A stretch of DNA of 59,765 nt, filler included, from Moniliella sp. 'wahieum' (lineage: Eukaryota), in NCBI GenBank assembly GCA_003971905.1. It is 2 parts of 2 records of this genome, joined end to end, with 100 filler letters (N's around TTAATTAATTAA, not from the genome) between each part and the next. Parts side by side here need not be neighbours in the genome. Positions count along the whole stretch, not along the records: positions 1 to 29,876 come from RSEE01000179.1; positions 29,977 to 59,765 come from RSEE01000180.1. One strand, given 5' to 3'. Made by a program: the position numbers and the translations under genes. This document shows, piece after piece, positions 24,641-35,755 of the stretch (its first letter is position 1; each line of letters begins with the position of its first letter). A model generated the notes under the pieces. It was not told the DNA's origin. It ran no database searches and was given only the letters and a program-made list of their open reading frames with translations.

Positions 24641-26546
24641 GTTGTGTCGTTTTTATGCAGCGTCCGCGCTGAGGCTCGTTGGCGCACTGATGGGCTTCGT
24701 CAGCGCCCTGGCTTCAACAAGGCTTGAGGCTCAGGCTTTAGGACGTAGACTGAATTTGATTCGTTTTTATGGACCGTATACTTACCATTGCCCAAGGACG
24801 ATGGCCCTCTCCACCCTCTCTTTGCATCGAAACGCTCTTTCGTAGCGTCTTCCTTTTTCTTCTCTTTGGGCTGGGATACTCCCTTAAGGAGTAAGATGCA
24901 CGTCTGGCTCATCAGGTTCAATGTACAGACCCAGTGTACACTAGACAGACAATTGGACCCGTTCGGGATGCTATACTATACCCATAGGTTCTTTCCCTTG
25001 GTTCAAACACGTTCTTGGTCGGTCCCGATGACCCAGTCGTTATAAACCTTACCATGGAGATAGGAGCGATGATGCGTTCGGACCATCGATCGGGGTCCCA
25101 GGTTCCTGCCTGGTAACCCACCTAGACTACTGCCATGCAGCTCAAGTGGGTTACCTTTCTTCCTTCGGTCCCTCCGCCCACCATGCACAGTGAGGTTCGC
25201 ACTAGTTAGTAATAATAGCCCACCGTCAAAGAGACCTTGACCGACATTGCAGTTACCAGTGTGGCCAAACTAAGTGGAGATACTGGTTGGCTCACGACCC
25301 ATACGCTCCGTGTCTACCAACGGTCTACTTCCCTCTCTAGTTACCTTTGACTGCCTACCTCACCCACTGCACTATGCTCCCCCCCCTAACCCCCCTTCTG
25401 CTCAACCCTGGCAGGAACTTACATGGTACACCTCGAACGGGACGGGGCTGTCTGCCGATTTGGCTATAGACTAGGCTCTCGTCACCACCTACCAAGTTGG
25501 CTCGTACAGGCTCCCACGTGGTCAGTCAAGGTATGACCGCTGCCGCCGTGTGGAGAGCGGGACGGACCCCCCCGGGGCTGGACCTCTAAAGCAAACCGAC
25601 ACTATAAACGGCGATGAAGAACGGACAACATCTGGGTGCACGGTTGGAACCTGTCGGATACCATTAACACCTCTACCAATCCATCTCCCTCTGACCGTCC
25701 CTAGTGGCGTACTAACAGACAAATGGCACCTCTCTCGTAGGCGATCTGGGGACAATGGTCTTAGTTGGGTTCAACCAACGTCGAAGGTGGGTGGGAGGTT
25801 GAAACTGCTAGGTGCAGCACGGACAGGCACAGTCGCTAGACCGAATCTTACCCCCCGGGACAGAGGCGAGAGTGTGGCCGGCCAAAGCGGAGAGAGGGTA
25901 GGAAGATGAGCATGAGGAACTAACTACGGACAACTAGTATCACGCGAACTCGTGCAAGTACGCCCACACGTGCGCTACCTGCCGGTGAACTGGGCGGGAA
26001 AACGTTGGGGCAGTAGGTACTCATCTGACCGATCAACGTAACGGACGAACCAATTGATCGGGCCACCGTCGTATGCGACATCCCTCTCTACCAGTGGCCT
26101 CTTCGCCGCGAAACAGGTCCTCTGGGGCGCAATCTGAGAGGCAGGGCACGTCAAGAGTGAGAAGGCGTAATGGGATCTGGGTGTGCGGATGAGCTATGAC
26201 TTCTGAGCCCTCGGGGCCACTGACTGTCTGCGCTGCTGAGCTGCATCTGGACCCCCGCCCAATTTGTCGTGGTACCCCTCGTGTGTGAGGGCCGCGGGAA
26301 GCTATAGTGCAGAGGTGAGGGGTCAATAGCATAAGACGATTCATATACACTGTTGCATTTTTCTGTGGCCGGTGGGTTGTGTTTTTTTTTCTTCTTGAGC
26401 ATTGCTAACCTGGCAGGCAAGTGGAAGGAATGGGGGCACAGTTGCGTTCTGTTTTCTACGCCCCCTTTAACCCCCTTTCCCGTACACATACACGCCCCCC
26501 CCCCCTCTGCGTGTCTGTCCCCATCTCATTCGCTTCTCCTCGGCGG

Positions 26547-27612
26547 TCAAACGATGCCCCATGCATCCTCGATCGCGCACGTAAACTGGAACCGGGAAAC
26601 GAGGTCAGAATCAAGTGTCGCAACTGACAAGCCTAGCCAGGGGGGGGGGGGGGGGAAGTCAACGTACCTTGCCACACGCCACCGAGGCACTGAGGGTACT
26701 CGGAGATGGAGATCTTCTCATCAACAATCGTATCGGCAAAGTTATCCTGACCATGGGCCATCGCGCCGACAAACACGGCGAGCGAGTGGTCCTTGGGGAT
26801 GGTGGGGATGTACTGGGACAAGCGCTGGACGGGGCATTGTGACTGAGGGTGATTTTGTGCGTGTTGGGAGGCAAGTGGTCGTTGATGGGGTTCTTGATCA
26901 CTGTCAGCAACCGTTCGTTGCCCTGAACGGAACGGATACTAAGTTTGAGCAAGAGCTGGACCATGAGGCCAGAGAAGCGCTTGAACGTGCGCGGAATGCG
27001 TACACGCGGGTTCACTTCAATCAACACCCCCTTGGCCGTGTGGATGTAAACCTGCAGCAAGCCAGCCTTGTTGAGCGGCGAGTCGAGCAAAGTCAAAAGA
27101 CATTGGTGCGTAATGTCCGGCCTGGCATCCGCAATGTCCCGCCCCATCTTGGCCAGCACGCTCTGGTGATCATCGCAGTTGAGCAACGCCAACTTGCCCC
27201 CGGCACCATCCTTGGCGCGCTTCCCGCCTGCGCCACCCGCAGGACCGTAGCCACGGTAGGCACTGCCGCTGCTCGTGGGCATCTGGTACGTCTCGAGACA
27301 CGCCTGCTCCAGGATGACAATCAGACGGGGGTGTTGGCCTTTTCGGCCTCGGTCTTGGGCACCTTGGGCGCAGTAGGCACCAGCTGGGGCTCGGCACGCG
27401 CACGCTTCGTGCTGCCCGTCTCGTCGGGCTGCGAGGCAGGCGGCTTGGGCGGCAGGCGCGGCGCGGGGTGAACTCCTTGGCGTCGGCGCGGATGCGGGGC
27501 TCGGAGGGCTTGGCCGCCGCGCGGGCGCAGCACTGAGGTCGGGCACGCGGTACGCAGTCGAGGGCGGCGCGGCCATCTCGGCGTCGCTGGCAGAGTGCTC
27601 GCTGTCGGACAT
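26547..27612 (-). CDS. EMG1: 18S rRNA pseudouridine N1-methyltransferase Nep1/Emg1 (intron 26586-26667)
   Basis: [72 protein letters not shown], and last exon [12 protein letters not shown]. Confidence 0.97.
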
Positions 27613-27885
27613 GGCGGCGGTGGTGGGCGGGACGGAGGAGCAGCGGCGCGGGCGGAAAAAAAAAGGCCAGCCAGCCGCTGGGCCGGGAAGAGTCTGCGCC
27701 GGGAAGCGGGGGCGCCGGTCACGTGACCCCGCCGCCCTCTCCGCTGGTAGCCGGCCCAGGAGAAGTGTTTCTCTTCGAGTGGGGTATATCGACGATCGAC
27801 TATCGACTGTCGGCTATCCGATCCATTCATGGGGATATGGAATTCGAGCATTGGTTCTCCAGGTAGGCGCGGCCACGTGGACGCC

Positions 27886-29851
27886 CTAACCGCTAGTCGG
27901 CCGCCCGGAGCAGCGCGTCGTCGAGGCGGACAGAGGCGGTGACGCGTGGGCTGGGCGCCAACCCCAGCGCGCCCCGTCCGCCGCGTCCGCCTCGGCCGCC
28001 GGCAGCGCGTCCCGCACCATCACCTCCACCTCCCCTGCCTTCTCCCCCCCACCCCGCCCCCACCAGCACCACGGCGACCCCATCAGTTCCGCGTCCACCA
28101 GCCGCGCGGCACCGACGCCGCCCGGTCATCCAGCACCACATCCTCCAGCGCCACGGGCGCGGGTAGGAAGGTAGCCTTGCGCGCGCCGTACGTGTCCTGC
28201 GCGGCATCGAGCGCGGCCTGCACCGTGCGCCGCGCCGCCTCTGCATCGGGCGCAGACGAGGTGAGTAGCCGTAGTACCCGTTCCACTGCTTCGCGCGTGC
28301 CTTTGCCCTCGCTCGCCTCGTCCACCGGCGGCGCAATCACATACGCCACGTAGGGCGCTACTGCGCGCGGCCACACTAGACTCTTCTCCCCGCCTCGCGC
28401 GGCGGCACGTTGGGCCAACGCCCCAATCAGGCGCGAAATCCCACGCCATAGCATCCCATTTGGAACGGCGCTTGGCCCATGTAGCGGTGGTCGGGCAAGC
28501 CCAGCGCATCTGCTTCCATCGCACTCACCTCATCTGCGCCGGCAGGTGTCGGATGGCGGCTTCGGCATTGGCATTGGCATTGGCATCTGCGTCTGGCGAG
28601 CGTTGCGCCGTGTCGCGCTCGGCCGCAATTTGCGCCGCGGGCGAGTGGGGCGCCGGGACAAAGCCTACGTTGAGCGCGTCCGAGTACCGTGTGCCCAAGA
28701 GAAACGCGTGAGCGACTTCGATCGATTTGGTCGCTTGTAACGGGCTAGTGATGCCCTTGGCACTGCACTGTCCACATGCGTCGCCGACCTCGGGTTGGGA
28801 ATAGGCGCCAACGTGGCTCGTGATCGAATGCAGCGTGCGCAGTCCGCCCGGTTCGGCCACCGTCAGGGGCGGGAACAGTTCATACAGCGACGGAGGCGGC
28901 GCTTCCAGCCCCCCTGGGTCTGAGTTTGGGCTTGGGCTTGGGCTGCGCGCCGGTCCACGGCGGCCAAGACGGCGTGCGAGACGGCTTCCATCATTTCGCT
29001 CGGGTCCATCAGTGTGCACTCGCGATCGACATGCAGCTCGAGCCGATCAAAAACGACGGCAGTCCACCGGCCCAATCTCGGGCTGGCCCAGACTCACGGG
29101 CTGGAGAGCAACACCCTTACTGGCGCGCACGACGGCTGCGTCATTCAGCGTGCGGGTGCGCGGGACGACAAGGCGTGCAAGGCGGAGGGCGTGGCAGGTG
29201 TGCGGCCGGTCTCCTCCGTGCCGGCAAAGAGGAAAGTTGGTGGTCGAGTTGGAACGCCTCCGAGGCGCAAATAGGCGTACTTCCACATCCCCTGCTTCCA
29301 TCGGTAGCGGTACCTCACTGTTCATCGTCCGTGGTGCAGCGGGAGCCAGCTCTTGGTTCCACACACCATGACATGTCCCACACGATAACAACGTATCTTC
29401 CCCCAAAGGATCGGGAAATGGTACTCGTGACTCAGTTCGCCCCCGATTGCCCCGGTATCGGCCACAGCCGAGATCCACTGGCCATGCCGCGACCCGAGAA
29501 TGCGATCCAAGATGCGTGTATACGCCTGGCGAACCGCTTGGTACGCATCTCGTGCCGCGGTAGGATCCGCATCAAACGTGTACAGGTCCTTCATTAGGAA
29601 CTCGCGCGTGCGCAGCAACCCTGCCCGCGGCCGCAGCTCGTTACGGAACTTGGTGTGATCTGGAAGACGCGAACTGGGAGCTGACGATACGAATGTACAT
29701 CCTGTGCCACCAGGCGTGTCACTTCTTCTTCGTGCGTCGGGCCTAGGAGATATTCCGTCCCACTGCGCGAGGTAAGCGTCATCAGTTCCCCCTCCATTGT
29801 CTTCCACCGCCCGCTCGTCCGCCACAACGCAGAGGGAAGTAACACGGGCAT
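27886..29851 (-). CDS. prolyl-tRNA synthetase, bacterial/mitochondrial type (5' partial, frameshifted)
   Basis: [104 protein letters not shown]-terminus missing at the contig end. Confidence 0.93.
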
Positions 29852-29856
29852 GGCAA

Positions 29857-29876
29857 TAGGGTTAGGGTTAGGGTTA
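29857..29876 (+). repeat. telomere-type (TTAGGG)n repeat at contig end
   Basis: tagggttagggttagggtta immediately before the N gap, G-rich strand pointing outward. Confidence 0.8.
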
Positions 29877-29976
29877 NNNNNNNNNNNNNNNNNNNNNNNN
29901 NNNNNNNNNNNNNNNNNNNNTTAATTAATTAANNNNNNNNNNNNNNNNNNNNNNNNNNNNNNNNNNNNNNNNNNNN
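29877..29976. other. artificial contig-joining linker
   Basis: 44 N + TTAATTAATTAA (stops in all six frames) + 44 N = 100 bp. Confidence 0.97.
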
Positions 29977-30202
29977 TTCAGCGCAAGCCATCATATTTTC
30001 CACCGTGATGGCGGCATTGATGTGTTGCTCGGCCTGGCAAGGAGGCGCTTTTCCAAGAGGAGATGATACGGATCGGCTGCTCAAAGCCATCAAGGCAGCC
30101 CAGGCAGCCAGCGCCCCTCCACACGACAAGACACAACTTCCCGAATTGGACTACCTTCAAACGGCGCGATGGTGTTCGCTCCTGAAACTCTCCTTTATCT
30201 GA
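29977..30202 (+). CDS. possible 3' end of an unidentified protein (partial)
   Basis: Open frame from the contig start to TGA at 30202 with protein-like composition; no recognisable motif. Confidence 0.25.
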
Positions 30203-31249
30203 CACATGTGTCCTCTGGCCTTCTTCGCTGTTTTTTTGAGTTCTACACCTTCGTTTTCCCCTTATGGATGCCAACGGACCTGATCCACGCATGTTGACGT
30301 TGTGCACAACGAATATGTAGGTTGATCAACGTACCTCCCCCATTCGCGATTCCACAGCTGATAGTGGCCTAACTGAGTGGACAACTTTCATGATCCATAT
30401 ACAGGGAAAGTGAGTGGATGTGATGGGCCCTGCAATCGTTTCCCGTATCGCTGGCACAACACAACGTCGGCATATGATCCTTCCCCACACACTAAACGCT
30501 AGTAGGCACCATGACCAGCCATGGCTGGCAGGGGTGAGGCCTCAGCCTGGGGGAAAGTGAATATGGCTTCGAAACCAGAAGAGTTGGTCGGCTGTTTGAG
30601 GTCCGTGGCGGATACCGGGGGGAAAATGGCAGGTCAGAGTCGCATGCAAGAAGTTGATCGAACTTAACTAGCAACTCTAGTAAAGCTAGTAACGAGTAAC
30701 TGACGATCTAGAAGGTAACGCCGCCGTCTTGTCGTGCTGCGGCGTACTGCATCAAAAGGCTATCTATATGTGGGAGGGAGCTGTTGATATGGTGGGGTGT
30801 TTGACCACGTCTGCCAGCCACCGTTGAGTTCAACGATGAAAATCAGCCTTGAATCCTCAGTCCTATGGCTCGTCAGGGTGTAGCGTATTAGGAGGTGCAC
30901 CAGCTATGGCGTATGGGATCTGTGAGGTGGCAGCGCACAGCATGGTGGCTGCAAATAGTGATGGATGGTGGTGAGTACTGAGTAGAAAGGTGCGCGTGAC
31001 GGATGCGCGGCCTCCCCATGTTGAAAGTATCAACTGTGCGACATAGCATGCATGAGGTTCACGATGCATGACTGGGTGATATGGTGATAATCGATGAACG
31101 TGCTATCTCGCGCATCCTCCGCCCATCACGCATCATGCATCGTGCATCGATGCTCGGGTAGGTAAAATCAGGTTCGCTCCACCCTCGGCCGCCACCCCCA
31201 TCGCCACCGCCACCGCCTGCACCCTGCCACCCCCCTCTCTCCTCCTTCC

Positions 31250-32310
31250 ATGTCTGAAACAGGATCCATACTCCCATCCGCGGAGAATCGCACTTCCCCT
31301 TCCACAGTGGAGACCTCTTCCTGACTCTCTGTCGCCTGGCAACTGGCCAGGACGATGGCCTCCTCCCCGCATCCTCATCAGGCGCCGCAGCGCAACGTTT
31401 TGTGCTCGAGGTCAAGTATGGTGGTGCCATGCACCAAATTCGCCTGAGCGCAGACGACAGTGTAGGAGTTCTGAAGCAATCGCTCGCGCGTCACATCCGT
31501 CCCGCCCGATCGGCAGAAGCTTTGGGCTTGGTGCGTGGCCAGTTGCCGGACGACTCCACCCCCATTCCCAATCTGCCTTTCCTTCGAGCGAAAACTTCCC
31601 CTATTCTCTCGTGGCCGACTCTGATGCACCTGAATCGGATTCACATTTCCATGGCGAAACAAAGATGTGATGGGCATCACCCTCTTGGGCACACCATTGC
31701 CCTCTATTTCGCCCCCTGTGCCTGAGGTTGCAAATCAGACGAGCAGTGTCATGCGGCGCTCATTTGACGAATCTGTGATGAATCCGAGCGCAAAATCAAG
31801 CACAGCGCAAGGTGGCTGCATGTACCTCGAGGTGCAACGGCGCTTGGACGTCGTTTGCGAGCGCACAGCAGATTTCGCTGTTCTTCATCCTCCACGGCCG
31901 GTAAGCGATTGCTTGTGCTTGATCTGATTACACATTGGTCGACACCGAGGCTCTATTGAGGGGAGAGAGTGTTTCATCCGTACGCCCCTACCTGAGCGAA
32001 GTAAGTATCTTCGTTCATCACGAGCAGCGGCGGAAAGCTGACCAGGACGCTTGCCCAGATGCTGGCCAATCTGTATCCCTACTACGACATCTGCATTTGG
32101 TCCCAAACCCACTGGCGCTGGGTAGAAGCCAAACTGACCGAACTGCACCTCCTTTCCGACCCCCGTTCCAGATCTCATTGTTCTGGATCGCACAGCCATG
32201 CCCAACGTACGCCTCCCTGGACCTTGGCCTGCTCCCCAACAGATGATGGAAGAGTTTATGGCCCACAAGCTGTTCGACCTTCGCACGTCGATCGGCACAG
32301 CCAAAAAGAC
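31250..32310 (+). CDS. UBLCP1: ubiquitin-like domain-containing CTD phosphatase (HAD IIID); C-terminus not recognisable
   Basis: UBL domain FVLEVKYGG...DDSVGVLKQ...KLLGLVRGQLPDD; HAD motif region LHPPRP...LLVLDL/DYTLVD; RPYL; YPYYDICIWSQTHWRWVEAKLTEL; VLDRTAM. Confidence 0.85.
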
Positions 32311-32331
32311 TAAAGCCAAACTATTCCGTTT

Positions 32332-33882
32332 TTGCGGGATATGTTGCCGGAAGTTGAGCTTCCTACGAGCTCGGAGACCTCCAAGAGCAAGAAGGAAAAC
32401 ACATTGTCGCACTTGGCGTCACTATACGACAAGATCGTCTACTCGGCGCACCATCATGCTGAGGTGCTTTGCATATCACATTCGCCTAACCCGCCCGTCC
32501 AAGTCCCATCGTCTTCTATTGTACTCGACGATCTGGACCAAATCGACGCCGGTGCTCGGGAGCTGTTTGCTAGCTTTTGGGATGCGGTTAGTTCCCGGGC
32601 CTCCTTAACCCAACGAACCAGCATGACCCAAATGCATCCCCGGCGAGCAAGGAAACGTTCATTATCCAGGCGATGGATCTCTATGGTGCTCTCATTCATG
32701 AACTCAGCCTGGTGATCCAAGGCGAGAACTTGGAAGAGGCATCTGAGCGACCTGAAGCCACCCTTCCATTCATCCTTTGGAGCAGGCTGTGCCTCAAAAG
32801 AGACGGCCCAAAACGTCGGAGGCGACTCGCACCGGATATGGAGATGGTGAATTCGAGTCCACCTCCTCCCATTCTCCCCGTCCGAGGCCAGTACCCCAGT
32901 GCCCGCGTTACCAAGCGTAAGAGGCAAGCCAAGGAAGGGGAGTCTGATCTAAGCCCATGATGGCAGCCAAAGCGCCTCCTCTCCCTCTCTCCCCCCTCTC
33001 CCCCTCTCCCATTAGCACCAGCATCTGACTGGCAAGCTCATCGTCAGCTCCCGAGACTTGGGGGAGAGATGCATATTTCCAAGCACGACTCCTTCAGGGG
33101 TTTTATTGCTCAAGAACTTGGACAAGCTTGCCGATGCCTTTGAGCATGCTATGCAGGCTGGCAAGTTAGACCCTTCCCCCAGCAAAATGCCTATTATTAC
33201 AAGTCCCTTTGACGGTCAGGCGATGAACGTTGACGACACGCCTGCCTCAGAGGGCCTCGCCGATCCGGAAGCACCCGGTTCGACCTCCTCGGCCCTTGTC
33301 GACTCAAACGCCTGCTTCGACGTTTGCCCCAGAGTCCCTCCCCTTTCCCTTGACGGCGAAGCCCTGGGGCTTAGCAATGGCCTACCACGGGTCATCATCC
33401 CCCCCTTCATGGGGAATTCACAGGAGGGAGCGTGTTTCACAGGAAAAAAGGGAAGCGACCCTACCCTGGTCCCGCCCAGGCCAATTGGCTATGCCAAGCC
33501 TATCCACCGGAGATGCATTGCGTCGTCGCATTCTGCCTCGCCCCCTCTTCCTAGGCTCAGTCGCACTTCCCCTTCAGGTGCTACTCAAACTTCAAGCACC
33601 CACCTTGGTCGCAAGGCTCGCTCCAGTGAAAAGGCCACTCCAGCCGCGTCCCCATTGGTACCATCCACATCCACATTCTCTCGACGGAAAAGGCAAAGTA
33701 TTCTACATCTTCGGGACGTCCGAGATCCAACCGAAAAAAAATCTCGGTCAAACCCCTGGAGGTCATCTGGCGTCGGTTTGGTGAAGAGCAATATTCTGCG
33801 CGCAACACAATCCATGTTGACGACATTGCTCGCAACTTTGCTCTTAATCCTGGCAACGGCGTGCTTGTTCATGGTACGTTGA
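32332..33882 (+). CDS. hypothetical protein (frameshifted ORF chain), possibly fused to UBLCP1
   Basis: Consecutive plus-strand ORFs 32332-32715, 32673-32960 and 33058-33882 with protein-like composition; no family recognised. Confidence 0.35.
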
Positions 33883-35755
33883 CTACAGCCTTGTATGACG
33901 CTTGGAGCTTAATGCTTGAAGCTTGAAGCTCGATAAGCGTGACCCTTGTGTTGAAATTGAACGAACGTTAGTCCGTGTACTAACCTAACCAACACTAACT
34001 TAACCTGTCCTAAACTTGCTTTTGATCTTTGAACTCCTCGCTTTTCGGTCCCTTCGACGCTGCACTTGCGGTTGCGCTTAGGCTATCACGTAGGTAACCT
34101 CTCCTCATCCCAACTTGGGACAACTCGGAAGCAGAAAACTCAAAAGTACTGATCCATTCTGTTTGCACAGCACTCGCCACATTTTGATACGGCTGAACGC
34201 TCTCGAGCGCTATTGTCTCCAACTCGCCCATCCCTCGGTGGAAGATATCAGCGCGTTGGACCATACGCACTGGCGCTCCTACCGCGGGCCATCGGTAGGC
34301 AAGTAAGCGGTCAACAATGCGTCAAACCAGAGGGTGTGGCGCAGCAACCGGGCATGCATTAGATTGCATGCATAGCAGTAACTTAACCTACTGTGTGTTT
34401 TGCTAGGGCCCCTAGGGAACAGCAAAGCATCCATAAGACTGCAGGTTTTTTTAACGTTTACCACTATCCGGGCACCGTAACGCGTAACCAGATACCGCGC
34501 GTCTGGCTTCGAACTGGCTATGGGGAGTCGCTTCTAGGTGATTTGGAGGAGCTTGAGCAATAGATACACCCAAGAGACCAGACATACAGGATGCATGATT
34601 GGCTCTTATTTACTCCGGGTATGCCATGATGCGCTTGATATGACCATCGGGAATGTTACTAGTGACTATTTGCGTTGGTGGTTATATGGGACGCATGGAA
34701 CCTTGGACATGTTGAGCGCTAGCAGCACATTTTTACCATCTTTACCCTTCACACACTGCGGGCCCATGCGTGCCTGATATGTGCTTCAGAAGCAGGATTG
34801 GTACTAGTTCTACCTCAGGAACTGCAGAGCTAAATCCTCATAGTCTGAGCGCTCACTGAGTATAGTAAAGTGCTCGCAGTTCATGCTGCACATGTGTGGT
34901 TCACAGCTCCCATACGAACAACTCTGTGGCCCTGGTGATGCATCGAACACAGCCGTTGTCTCAAGAGATATACTCTCCAAAGTGATTCTGATTGAAAAGC
35001 TTGTACGAGCGCTCGAGAAGCTCGGAGCTTGAGGCTGAGCTCAAGCGCGAGGCTCTGAAGCTTGAAGTTTGGCATTGTCGTCACACGGCTCGCCCTATCC
35101 TATGGAACTCAATCCCGCTGGATGGAGGTGCTCACTGGATGGAGAGATTGTGACATGTGTGTGTCACATGCTTGGCGCCTGTTCGCGCCTGCTATTCCGC
35201 GGTGCGCTGCAGGCGCACGCTCCGGTGGAGTCGAACGATTGGCGAGCGGCGTGCTGCACATTTGAACAAACGAGGGCTGGCGCTGGGAAAGGAAAAAAAG
35301 GCGAGGCGAAACAGGAGGCGTTTTCAATATTGAAGTGTCACATGGCGAGCGGGCAGGCGCAGTGCAAGAGGAGCTGACACTGGCTCGGAGCGAACCCGCC
35401 GTCAGAGGCGTGGCGGCTGCTGCGCTCAGGCGCCGACTCAGACGCGCCCTCCGGCGCTCAGGCGCTCAGACCTCCTCGGGTGCCAGCCCCAGCGCCGCAG
35501 GCTGCCAGCCGAGGCCGAGTGTGGGACACTGCCTTCCAGGGCAGGTACCCTCCTGCTTTTTCCCGCCACTGCCTCGCGGCAGCCATCGCCATCTGACCAT
35601 ACGCCATCGCCATCACCACCACCATCGCCATCGCCCCCACGTCCATCCCCCACCGCCGCTTCCTACTCAGCCGCCTCCTCAACTGCCCCCGCCTTGGCGA
35701 AGCTCCAACTCTGCCGTCCTTGGCCTGATCTTTCCCCCTGAGGTCTTACCCCCCG

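Noticed and set aside
29921..29932. TTAATTAATTAA palindrome within Ns
   Set aside because: Symmetric 100-bp artificial linker with six-frame stops; not biological, and adjacency across it is meaningless.
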